Assembly: GCA_022072505.1 (NCBI GenBank) | Contig: JAJVHU010000029.1 | Coordinates: forward strand, 5,917 to 69,916 | DNA length: 64,000 bases | Direction: 5' to 3' | Source: Phycisphaerae bacterium | GTDB lineage: Bacteria > Planctomycetota > Phycisphaerae > UBA1845 | Shown: piece by piece, positions 44,281-52,856 of the stretch | Numbering within the stretch: position 1 is the stretch's first letter | Layout of the letters: each line of letters opens with the position of its first letter | Notes under the pieces: model-generated | Database searches by the model: none | What the model saw: only the letters and a program-made list of their open reading frames with translations | Told to the model about the DNA's origin: nothing | Program-made: the position numbers and the translations under genes

Positions 44281-44422
44281 GGCGCATACGAATCTTGCGG
44301 TGATCTTCGCCCGGATCGGTCGTCGCGCGGATGCGATCCGGGAGCTTCAGGCGGCGCTGAAGATTGCGCCGAACGATCCGGCGCTGCGGCAGCGGCTCGC
44401 ACAGCTTCAGGGGGGGCGCTGA
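44207..44422 (+). pseudogene. orphan TPR fragment in the +1 frame relative to the sulfatase ORF
   Basis: The frame opens at 44207. The translation RALELDPQSVEAHTNLAVIFARIGRRADAIRELQAALKIAPNDPALRQRLAQLQ is a TPR repeat pair. This looks like the C-terminal end of a sulfatase-TPR fusion after an internal deletion or frameshift. Confidence 0.5.
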
Positions 44423-44549
44423 TCGGCGCGCTTGTGCGGTCGCAGGTTCCTTGAATCCGGATCCGGCGCGCGGATATCTGCTCTCCGCAGGTGCGGACCG
44501 GAGATCCGCGGTTCGATGTGAAGATGGGAACCCGCAGCCGCTGAGGGCG

Positions 44550-45422
44550 CTAGACCGAGAGGTGACCCTTCTCGACGAGATAGGCGCGGAGGGCTTCGGT
44601 CCACGGGCGCATCGGCCGGCCGGTCGCGTCCGCCAGCCGCTTGCCGGACAGCGCCGAGTACGTCGGGCGCCGAACCTTCGACGGGAATGCGTCCGACGTC
44701 ACCGGTGCGACCTCGACCTTCAGCCCGCAAAGATCCACCGCTTTTTTCGCGAAATCGTACCACGTACACGCAGGCTGATTCGTGACGTGCAGAAGGCCCG
44801 CCGGCTGCCTGCGGACCAGGTCCAGCAGGGCCGCGGCGGCATCCATCGTGTACGTGGGCGTCATCGGCGTGTCGTTGACGACCTTCAGGGGTTCGCCGGC
44901 CTTGGCTTTCTTGAGGATCGCCTCGATGAAGTTTCCGCCCTTGCCGCGGGCGCCGGATTTTCCGAAGACGCTGGCGATGCGGGCGACGAGGGACTTCGGG
45001 CAGGCTGACCGCGTGAGATACTCGCCGGCAAGTTTCGACGCGCCGTAGATGGACAGGGGCATCGGGGCGTCGCCCTCGTCGTAGGGCGCGCCCTTGGCGC
45101 CGTCGAAGACGTAGTCGGTGCTGATGTAGACGCAGTACGCGCCGAGTTCGTTGCACGCGCGGGCGACGTTCCAGGCGCCGAGGGCGTTGATGCGGAAGGC
45201 CTGCTCGGGATCCTCCTCGCACTTGTCCACCTGGTGAAACGCGGCGGAGTTGATCACCGCCTGCGGGGCGGCGGCGGTCAGCGCGGCGCGCACGGACGCC
45301 AGGTCGCCGATTTCGATCTGTTCGTGCGACAGCGGGACAACCTCCACGCCCGCCGCGTTGCGGAACACTTCGACCACGTCCGTCCCCAACTGTCCCGTGG
45401 ACCCCGTCACCGCGACTTTCAT
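44550..45422 (-). CDS. rfbD: dTDP-4-dehydrorhamnose reductase
   Basis: From ATG at 45422 it reads MKVAVTGSTGQLG (Rossmann fold), followed by STDYVFDG and YGASKLAGE (YxxxK). Confidence 0.85.
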   Translation of the reverse strand: MKVAVTGSTGQLGTDVVEVFRNAAGVEVVPLSHEQIEIGDLASVRAALTAAAPQAVINSAAFHQVDKCEEDPEQAFRINALGAWNVARACNELGAYCVYISTDYVFDGAKGAPYDEGDAPMPLSIYGASKLAGEYLTRSACPKSLVARIASVFGKSGARGKGGNFIEAILKKAKAGEPLKVVNDTPMTPTYTMDAAAALLDLVRRQPAGLLHVTNQPACTWYDFAKKAVDLCGLKVEVAPVTSDAFPSKVRRPTYSALSGKRLADATGRPMRPWTEALRAYLVEKGHLSV

Positions 45423-45593
45423 GTTTCGCAATGCTCCATTGTGATCATTCTTGACGACGCTCAAAGGTCGAGGGCCGATCGTAGGCCCAAGGCTTGGCGC
45501 CGACAAGGGGCGCAGAGGGCTTGTCGTATAAGACGCTGGCGGCGCGGGGCCGAGCGCGTTGCTGATGCGGGCAAGGAGTGGGAGACGTCGCCG

Positions 45594-47021
45594 TCATTCG
45601 AGAGGAAGGCGCACGACGAACCGGGATCCAGGCGTGTACGCCTCGTCGAGCCGGATCGTTCCACCCAGCAGGCGCGCCAACCCCTCGGCGATCGGAAGCC
45701 CCAGCCCGCAATGTCCGTCGGCGCGCGTTCGGGCGTCGTCGCCCCGGACGAAACGGTCAAAGATGCGGTCCCGAAGATGCGGCGGAACTCCCGGTCCGGC
45801 GTCCGTCACCGCGATGAACAGGCTTGCCCTGTTTCGTTCGACGGAAAGCCCGATCGTGGATCCCGAAGGACTGTGCTCGATCGCGTTGCTGAACAAGTTG
45901 GACAAGATCTTGACCAGCCGAGGCGGATCCGTCCGCAATTCCATCCCGTCTGTCCCGGATGCCGCCAGCCGCACGTTGCGCGACGTCGCAAGAGGTTGAA
46001 CCGTGGCCGCGGCTGCGATCACGACTTCATCAAGTTGAACACGCTGAAAACCCGGACGATCCACGCCCGCTTCGAGCCGCGACAGCGTCAGCACGTCATC
46101 CAGAAGGCGGCTTAGTTCACGCAGCGCGGCGCGGGACTGCTCGATCGCCTCTTCGTACTCCGCCGACGTGCGCGGGCGCTGAATGCAGACGTCCAGCAAC
46201 GCCCGCACCCCCGCGACGGGCGTTCGCAGGTCATGCGCGATGTCCGTGGTGAGCCGGCGGCGCCGGTCCAACTCCTCGCGGACGCGCGCCAGCAACGCGC
46301 GTGTCGTGTCCGCGATCGGCGCCAGTTCGATCGGGACGCGGTCGTTCGCCAGGTTCCACTCCGGGTTCGCCGGGTTGACCTGGCTCATGCTGTCGGCAAG
46401 CTCGCGCACCGGCGCCGCGCCGCGTCGCGCCACGGCGCGGCCGATCAGGACGGAAAGACAGAGTGAACCCGCGACCGCGATCCCCAGCACAGCCGCCAAC
46501 GGCGCGAGCGTCGCCTGGACCGGATCGAGAGACCGTGCGACCAAGACGCGGGCTTCACGCGAGTTTCCGTCGCCAGACGGATTGACAGGCTCGTCCTCCG
46601 CATGAATTCGCAGTGCGTAACGCACGGCGCGAAACGGCGTCTCGTCAGGAAGGATTTGCGTCGTCACCCACCCCGGCGAGTCTTCGAGGAATCCGCTTCC
46701 CGCGAACTTCGCCAGGAAGGATGTCTCGACCCATGTCGAGGAGGCGAACACGGCGCCCCCGCGATCGTCGAGGATGAGCACATGCGCGTCCGACGCCCCC
46801 GAGCGAGCGCTCGTCTCGGATCCAAGCTCGAACTCGAATCGGCCGTGATCCAGTTCGACGCGTCCCGCGAGCGCGCGAGCCTCGGCGAGCAGGGCGTCGT
46901 CCATCGCCCCCAGCAGGGCGCGACGCATCATGAACCACACCGAGACCGCCGTGAGCATCAACACGACGAGAATCATCGCCGTGTAAAGATTCGCCAGGCG
47001 CCGGGTCAATGACGGTCGCAC
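45594..47021 (-). CDS. two-component sensor histidine kinase
   Basis: Two TM helices flank a periplasmic domain. The H-box reads DIAHDLRTP and the HATPase motifs are NLFSNAIEHS, DAGPGV and GLGLPI. Confidence 0.85.
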   Translation of the reverse strand: MRPSLTRRLANLYTAMILVVLMLTAVSVWFMMRRALLGAMDDALLAEARALAGRVELDHGRFEFELGSETSARSGASDAHVLILDDRGGAVFASSTWVETSFLAKFAGSGFLEDSPGWVTTQILPDETPFRAVRYALRIHAEDEPVNPSGDGNSREARVLVARSLDPVQATLAPLAAVLGIAVAGSLCLSVLIGRAVARRGAAPVRELADSMSQVNPANPEWNLANDRVPIELAPIADTTRALLARVREELDRRRRLTTDIAHDLRTPVAGVRALLDVCIQRPRTSAEYEEAIEQSRAALRELSRLLDDVLTLSRLEAGVDRPGFQRVQLDEVVIAAAATVQPLATSRNVRLAASGTDGMELRTDPPRLVKILSNLFSNAIEHSPSGSTIGLSVERNRASLFIAVTDAGPGVPPHLRDRIFDRFVRGDDARTRADGHCGLGLPIAEGLARLLGGTIRLDEAYTPGSRFVVRLPLE

Positions 47022-47689
47022 GGTTCGCCTCGCAACAGATAGCCTTCGCCGCGCCGGGTGACGATCAGCGGCGCGCGCCCGCGGTCGATCTTGCGCCGCA
47101 GGTAGGAGATGTAAACGTCCACGACGTTGCTGGTCCGGTCGTCCTCCGTTTCGTAGAGCTTCTCCCAGATATCCAGGCGCGGCACGACCTGATTGAGGCG
47201 GAGAGCAAGCAGCTCCAGGAGTTTGAACTCGCGCGGCGTCAGATTCAGCGGCACGCCGGCGCGCCGGGCCTCGCGGGCGCCGAGATCCACCTCCAGATCC
47301 CCGGTACGAATGATGGAGGCCGTTTGTGCGTATTTGTGGCGAAGAAGCACGCGGATGCGGGCGAGCAGTTCCGCGAACTCAAACGGCTTGACCAGATAAT
47401 CGTCGGCCCCGCCGTCCAGCGCCGTCACGAGGTCGTGCGTCGCGTCCCGCGCCGTCAGCATCAATACCGGCGTTTTCGCGCCGCGCCGCCGCAGTCCACG
47501 CACCACGGAAAGTCCGTCGAGGCCGGGGAGCATCCAGTCGAGGATCACGCCGTCGTAGTCCGACCCGCGCAGCAACCGGTCGGCGTGGAGGCCGTCCCGC
47601 GCCCAGTCCAGCGCGTAGCCGTTCTCGCGCAGGCCCCTCATCAGCGACCCTCCCAGCAGCGCGTCATCTTCAACCAGAAGCAGCTTCAT
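47006..47689 (-). CDS. OmpR/PhoB-family response regulator
   Basis: From ATG at 47689 it reads MKLLLVEDD ... DGVILDWMLPGLDG ... LTARD ... DDYLVKPF, followed by a winged helix (LTPREFKLLELL ... RRGEGYLL). It overlaps the HK start by 16 nt. Confidence 0.9.
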   Translation of the reverse strand: MKLLLVEDDALLGGSLMRGLRENGYALDWARDGLHADRLLRGSDYDGVILDWMLPGLDGLSVVRGLRRRGAKTPVLMLTARDATHDLVTALDGGADDYLVKPFEFAELLARIRVLLRHKYAQTASIIRTGDLEVDLGAREARRAGVPLNLTPREFKLLELLALRLNQVVPRLDIWEKLYETEDDRTSNVVDVYISYLRRKIDRGRAPLIVTRRGEGYLLRGEPCDRH

Positions 47690-47729
47690 CAGGGTTTCAT
47701 GACGCACGAACGCCGCCGTCGGCGCCCGG

Positions 47730-48545
47730 CTACGGCGTCGCCTCCACCAGCTCCACGCGCTCGCCGCCGTCCGCAGGCTCCTCCGCCACCAGTCCGACGC
47801 CTTCCGCGTAGTATTTGAACTCGCCCGCCCCGCCATCCAGAGGATTGGTGTCAAGCGTCTGAAGGCACGCGTAGGTCGTGCCGTCCGACAGCGTGATTTC
47901 GACCCCCAGCGCCACGACCTCGCCCCTGTCCTCGGCCTCGCCGGGGTAATACTCCTGATTGTACACATCGCCGGGTGAGGGATCAGCCGGCATGACGTAG
48001 CCCGGCAAGGCGATCTCGCCGGTTCCGGCCACGTCTTTTCCGGCTTCCCAGGCGCCTTCGTGCGTCACGTCGATAAGGTTCCCCTGCCTGTCGTAGGTGT
48101 AGTTATCGACCTCTTCGCCCATGTACCAGACGTTGCCGTCGTCATCCTGGGCGAACCAGTCGTGCGTGTCCTCGAGGAGCACGTCATCCAGAAACACGCG
48201 GTCGCGGACGACGCGGCAGGCGACGCCGTTGACCACTCGGGTCTTATCGAGCACCTCGACGACGATGCGCTCCGCGCCTTCGCCCGTCTCCACGGCGTAG
48301 GTCCACGTTGCGCCGACCGGAAAGGAAAGGTAGGGGTTGTCGATCTGCGTCGGGTTGCGGAACGACGCAGATGCGAAATCCGGAACCGTGTCGGGCACGT
48401 CGCCCGCAGGCAGCGGATTCGAGGACGTGCAACCCGCCACCAGCACGACGAATCCCATCTTGAACCAACCCCCAAGACCGAACCTCCCGCCTCGGTCTTT
48501 CGTGGCCGAGGCGGCGGTGACGCCCTCTCTCTGGTAATTGAACAT
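47730..48545 (-). CDS. secreted lipoprotein, unknown family (paralog B)
   Basis: ATG at 48545 follows a GGAG RBS and the lipobox is LVAGC. It shares NPY(L/F)..P.G.T..Y, GV.C..(V/I)RD and EDT.DW(F/Y)AQD.DGNVWY.GE with the adjacent gene. Confidence 0.65.
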   Translation of the reverse strand: MFNYQREGVTAASATKDRGGRFGLGGWFKMGFVVLVAGCTSSNPLPAGDVPDTVPDFASASFRNPTQIDNPYLSFPVGATWTYAVETGEGAERIVVEVLDKTRVVNGVACRVVRDRVFLDDVLLEDTHDWFAQDDDGNVWYMGEEVDNYTYDRQGNLIDVTHEGAWEAGKDVAGTGEIALPGYVMPADPSPGDVYNQEYYPGEAEDRGEVVALGVEITLSDGTTYACLQTLDTNPLDGGAGEFKYYAEGVGLVAEEPADGGERVELVEATP

Positions 48546-48717
48546 CTTGGTCTCCGAATAGCGGGTGCAAACCTCCGGCGCGTCATCCACTGTGCGCGCC
48601 CGGTCAGACGTTTCGGTTCCCCGAGCGTCGAGCGGCATCCGGTGCGGCGCGACGACGCGCCTGCATCCTGGTCCGGTTCGCGCATACCGTCCTCACCGAT
48701 CGCGGCGTCCCATCGCC

Positions 48718-49650
48718 CTAATCGTGCCGTATGTCAATCAGTTCCAGCCGCGTGCCGGTCTCGAGATTGACCGTCAGCACCTGACCTACGCCCGGTGTGT
48801 AGAACTTGTGCTCCCGGGCATCCGGCTCGATCGGCGTCCAATCCTCCGTCTGCAGGCAGCTCTCGAAATCGCCATACGGGACCGATACAGCCTCTTCGAG
48901 GCTCAGCACCAGCCCGACGTCCTCGGCGTTGCCGAGGTCGAACTCCTGCCGGTAAAGGTCGCCGCTCTGCGGGTGGGCCTTCATGATGACGCCGGCCTTG
49001 GCGCGGTTCACGCCGGCGACCCACGAGCCGTCGATGTTGTCGAGCCACCCGTCTTCGAAGTTCATCGCGATTTCCCCGAAGTACCAGACGTTTCCGTCCA
49101 TGTCCTGAGCGTACCAGTCGAGCGTGTCCTCGATCACCTGTCCGTTAAGGGCCACGACGTCGCGGATCTGCACGCAGGTGACACCCTGGATGACGCGCGT
49201 CTGATGCGTGACCGTCATCTCCTGACGCTCAGTCCCTTTCTCGTCGTGCTGCTCGTACACGTACGTCATGCCGGGGATCAACGGGAAGTAAGGATTATCC
49301 ACGCCCGACACGAAGTTAGAGGGATCGATCGTCGGATCGTAGGCCTCTCCCCCGAGGACTTCGCAGAGATCCTCGCGGGCGTCGAACTGGTCGGGGCAGG
49401 TCTCGATCGCCTCGGCGCGGCTTTCCCGCGCCTCCTGCTTGCAGGCGCGTCGTTCCTTGCGGTCGGCGAGGTTCTCGCACTTGCCGGCCTCCAGCCAGTG
49501 GGTCGCCCTTGCGTCGAGTCTGCACGACGCCAGCGCGCTTTCAGACGTGTCGGGACAAGCGTCGTCGTCCGAGGCTCGGACCGGCGACAAACCTGCGGAC
49601 GCGCCGCACACCATCGCCACCAACCTTCCCATTGTGATTCGCATTTCCAT
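48718..49650 (-). CDS. secreted protein, unknown family (paralog A, with an extra 6-Cys N-terminal module)
   Basis: It has a signal peptide, then DDDACPDTSESALASCRLD...GKCENL...RRACKQE...ETCPDQFDAREDLCE. The core that follows is clearly alignable with the 47730-48545 product. Confidence 0.65.
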   Translation of the reverse strand: MEMRITMGRLVAMVCGASAGLSPVRASDDDACPDTSESALASCRLDARATHWLEAGKCENLADRKERRACKQEARESRAEAIETCPDQFDAREDLCEVLGGEAYDPTIDPSNFVSGVDNPYFPLIPGMTYVYEQHDEKGTERQEMTVTHQTRVIQGVTCVQIRDVVALNGQVIEDTLDWYAQDMDGNVWYFGEIAMNFEDGWLDNIDGSWVAGVNRAKAGVIMKAHPQSGDLYRQEFDLGNAEDVGLVLSLEEAVSVPYGDFESCLQTEDWTPIEPDAREHKFYTPGVGQVLTVNLETGTRLELIDIRHD

Positions 49651-49743
49651 GTCTCCTTTTCTGTTTCAACTGCGGGCGCCATACGATGATGGCCCTGTTT
49701 CGACATCCCAGAGTAACGAGTCTGCGTCACACGCCGCTCCAGA

Positions 49744-50574
49744 CTATTCGGTCGCGAACTCGCTCGACGACAGCGTCTGATTTCCGCCATCTTCGACCGC
49801 CAATCCCTCCCACTTGTATGCCGTGCCCGGTTCGAGAAACTCATTCGGAACCGTCACACGGGTCACAGACGCCGGCACAAAGAGGCTCATACCGATTTTT
49901 CCGATCGCGCGGGAGTGCGGCTCTTCGTCCTTTTCGACGATGAGCTGGTAGCGCAGGATGATGACCGGTTCTCCGGTGAGGATCTGCGTCATCGGGCTCC
50001 AGCTCATCACCAGATTCGCAGCGGGGACGATCGCCCCTTCGGCGGGCGTGAGGAGCACGGGCCCCGCGGGGATGCGTTGGTTGAGCACCGCGACGCCGGT
50101 CGTCCGATTCCCATCGACCGTGGAACCTTCGATCGTGTATTGCCATTCAGGCAAAACGGCAAGTACATCCTCGATAGGCGCCTCAGTATTTTCCGGCTCG
50201 ACTGTTTCGAAGAACAGCTCGGTCAAACCGTGGGTCGCCAGGCTGCCGCGCCCCTGGATGGTCAGGACGACGCCGGCCGGGCCCGTAATGTCGAGACGAT
50301 CCCAGCCCTCGCCGTCGATGGCGCCCTGGAAGCCGGTGTCCTCGTCGGTGGCGTTGTGCTCGATAATGAGCTTCGCCTCTTTGAGCGGGACATTTTCGCC
50401 GCCATTGGTTCCGTTGTCATTGGCGTTGTTGTTGTCGTTCACATTCGCGTCATTCCCGTTCGAATTGGGGATTCCAACTATTGTGCATCCATGCAGGTTC
50501 AGGAATCCCGCGCCCGCCAGTGCGAGCGCCCACGCGCCGATCCGCCGGACTTGATGTCTGAGGTTCCTCTTCAC
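49744..50574 (-). CDS. secreted lipoprotein, unknown function (Asn/Asp-rich linker)
   Basis: The likely start is GTG at 50574, after an AAGGA RBS, giving VKRNLRHQVRRIGAWALALAGAGFLNLHGC (lipobox). A low-complexity stretch NSNGNDANVNDNNNANDNGTNGGEN follows. ATG at 50637 is the alternative start. Confidence 0.55.
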   Translation of the reverse strand: MKRNLRHQVRRIGAWALALAGAGFLNLHGCTIVGIPNSNGNDANVNDNNNANDNGTNGGENVPLKEAKLIIEHNATDEDTGFQGAIDGEGWDRLDITGPAGVVLTIQGRGSLATHGLTELFFETVEPENTEAPIEDVLAVLPEWQYTIEGSTVDGNRTTGVAVLNQRIPAGPVLLTPAEGAIVPAANLVMSWSPMTQILTGEPVIILRYQLIVEKDEEPHSRAIGKIGMSLFVPASVTRVTVPNEFLEPGTAYKWEGLAVEDGGNQTLSSSEFATE

Positions 50575-50974
50575 TTGTCGATCCTTGTATTGATTCACGC
50601 ATTCAGTTGACGCGCCACAGGATGGCGTCGTTTTCATGGGTCATATACAAACGGCCGCGCAGCCGGTCGCAACCCGGGACGAATCCTTGGGAGTGACTGA
50701 TGATCTTTACAGTCCGTTTCAGTCGGCGCGCACTATCGGCGCGAAGTCGTATGCGGCGCGCCGTGGTAACAAGCAGCTCATGCCCCGCCGCGGGGGAAGC
50801 CGCAGACTTAAGAACCCAGGAAATCCCTACGCGCAGACGTGCAGGCGACGCAGTCCAGGGTTGCGGCGGCGCCCAGCGGGAGGACGCGACGGAAAGGGGG
50901 GTTGGTCCGCCACCTACTGCGCAGTCAGCGCATCCGCCGTCCGCCGGGTTCGCCGCACCCGATTGATTCAATCG

Positions 50975-51742
50975 TTAATCATCGTCCCCTTTATCATCAT
51001 CGTCGTCATCGTCGTCGCCATCCTCATCATCATCGTCGTCATCGTCGTCGCCATCCTCGTCATCATCGTCTCCATCGTCGCCGCTGGCCGTGCGGCCGGT
51101 GGGGAAGACCACGATCTCGCGGGACTTGCCGTTGAGATTGCCGGAGATTTCGTAGACGACAATCATCTGCCGCTCGATCGTCACCGGGGCGCCGGCGAAG
51201 TGCTTCTGCACGGCGACCCGGACCACGGCGGGCGCCTTGTCGAGGGCGACGGTGTCCTCGATTTCCACGAGCGTGCCGTCCTCGGTGACTGTGGCCTCAT
51301 AGGACGTTCCGTTAACGGTCCAGGCCGCTTCGTAGACGATGACTCGACCCTCCTGCTCGCGCGTGACGCTCGTTATTGGGGCTCCGTGGGCCACGCCGTT
51401 AAGCGCTTTCCGGGCGGCCTCGGGAACCTGATCCAGCGTCAGCTTGGCGGGGGGAAGGCGCGGCGCCTCGACGCTGCGACTCAGGACGTTGCCCTCGGCG
51501 TCCATGTGAATCTCGATGATTTCGCCGTTGATCTGAATCTCGGCCTCGTAGGTGGTCACGCCGTTTCGGGTCTCGCTTTCGATCTCCATGATCGCGCCAG
51601 CGCCCGCTTCCTTGAGCAGTGTCGCCTTCACACCAGCCGGCGCCTGATCCAGCGTGATCCGCACCTCCTGCGCGGGCGGCAGCGCCGCCGCGAGACACAC
51701 GATCGCCCCTCCGCAGAAAAACACCATCATCCGTACCGTCAT
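50975..51742 (-). CDS. secreted protein with three PepSY-like repeats and a poly-Asp C-terminal tail
   Basis: It has a signal peptide. There are three roughly 65-aa repeats of the form L(D/T)LDQ.P..(V/A)K..L......A.I..(I/V)..E...G..VYEA.....G. The tail reads GDDGDDDDEDGDDDDDDDDEDGDDDDDDDDKGDDD. Confidence 0.7.
   Translation of the reverse strand: MTVRMMVFFCGGAIVCLAAALPPAQEVRITLDQAPAGVKATLLKEAGAGAIMEIESETRNGVTTYEAEIQINGEIIEIHMDAEGNVLSRSVEAPRLPPAKLTLDQVPEAARKALNGVAHGAPITSVTREQEGRVIVYEAAWTVNGTSYEATVTEDGTLVEIEDTVALDKAPAVVRVAVQKHFAGAPVTIERQMIVVYEISGNLNGKSREIVVFPTGRTASGDDGDDDDEDGDDDDDDDDEDGDDDDDDDDKGDDD
50993..51058. repeat. perfect 2 x 33-nt tandem duplication encoding the poly-Asp tail
   Basis: ATCATCATCGTCGTCATCGTCGTCGCCATCCTC occurs twice back to back (50993-51025 and 51026-51058). 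Confidence 0.85.
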
Positions 51743-52187
51743 GACTGCATCCTTTCGGGAAAAACCGCTCGTCGCCGATGCATCGAGGCCTCCGCTCCCC
51801 GGAAACTAACCGGCGGGTGCTCGAGCGGTATTCTAGGACGCCAACCTTAAAGGAGGATGAGAAGACGACGCTGCGGTTTCCCGTGAGGCAACCTTCGCCT
51901 GACAGGGGACGCCGACGAGCATTGAGGGCGTGCGAGTTACCGACCCGAACCAACCCGCCGTTGCATCGCGGCGTGGACGGCGGCGTCCACTCATACGGTT
52001 TCGGGGTGAAGAAACGGTTGCGGATGTTCGAATCCGATCCGTACTTCCCCAACAGGAAAAGGAAGCGGAAGTTTGGGCACGCGGCGGGGATCTGGTCTCG
52101 AAAACGGGTATTCAACCCCAGGCGTATTGTGTCCGATAAAGCCTGCATCAGGCCTTGCAGCCGCAGAGTTGTTGAAAGGACGCATCC

Positions 52188-52856
52188 TTGAGCACGGTGA
52201 TCATGCCCGCGCCAGCCGCCCCATCGTCCGCGTCGCCTGAACCGGCCGAGCTCCTCGGCGCGACGCAGGCCGACCCCGACCGCGGCGACGCTTTTTACAC
52301 CCGGTTTTACGCCGACGGCGGCTGGCGCTACGGATTCCTGCGTGAGTGGTGGTGGTTGCGGCGCAACGTGGTGAAGCGGTTCGGGCTGGTTCGCGGCATG
52401 AACGCGCTGGAAGTCGCCTGCGGCGCGGGATTTCACACGCACGTCCTGAACCGGATGGGGTTTCGCTGCATCGGCGTGGACCGCAATCGCGCCGCTATCG
52501 ACTGGGCGCGACGAAAGCATCCCCGGTGGACGTATCACTGCGCGGACCTGGCGGACCTGCTGCCGGATCACGCGGGAACCTTCGACATCGTCCTCGCTCG
52601 AGGATGCAGCCACTATCATTACGACTTGTCGTCCGCGCAGGCGCTCGACACGACGCGCACGCTGCTTCGCTACCTCAAGCCCGGCGGCGTGTTCATCATG
52701 ACCATCGCCACCGACCTCTCGGGCCGCCGACCCGCCGGTCAGATCTGGAACAACACGCTTGACGACTACCGGCGCCACTTCGGCTCGTTCGGACTTCGGC
52801 ACGACGAGACCTGGGTGAGGGGCATGGCGCTCTGCGCCATCTACGCTCCCGTCTGA
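52188..52856 (+). CDS. class I SAM-dependent methyltransferase
   Basis: Motif I reads ALEVACGAGFHTHVLNRMG and motif II reads FDIVLARG. The start is TTG at 52188 or ATG at 52203. Confidence 0.8.
   Translation: MSTVIMPAPAAPSSASPEPAELLGATQADPDRGDAFYTRFYADGGWRYGFLREWWWLRRNVVKRFGLVRGMNALEVACGAGFHTHVLNRMGFRCIGVDRNRAAIDWARRKHPRWTYHCADLADLLPDHAGTFDIVLARGCSHYHYDLSSAQALDTTRTLLRYLKPGGVFIMTIATDLSGRRPAGQIWNNTLDDYRRHFGSFGLRHDETWVRGMALCAIYAPV

Noticed and set aside
47690-47968. N-terminal 93 codons of the response-regulator track ORF
   Set aside because: This part overlaps the 3' end of the upstream lipoprotein gene and is Arg/Trp/Ser-rich. The receiver domain starts at MKLLLVEDD (ATG at 47689).
52010-52050. 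GGATGTTCGAATCCGATCC segment resembling a tRNA/tmRNA T-arm
   Set aside because: The flanking bases do not form a 5-bp T-stem around a 7-nt loop, and there is no acceptor stem, anticodon arm or CCA-proximal pairing on either strand.
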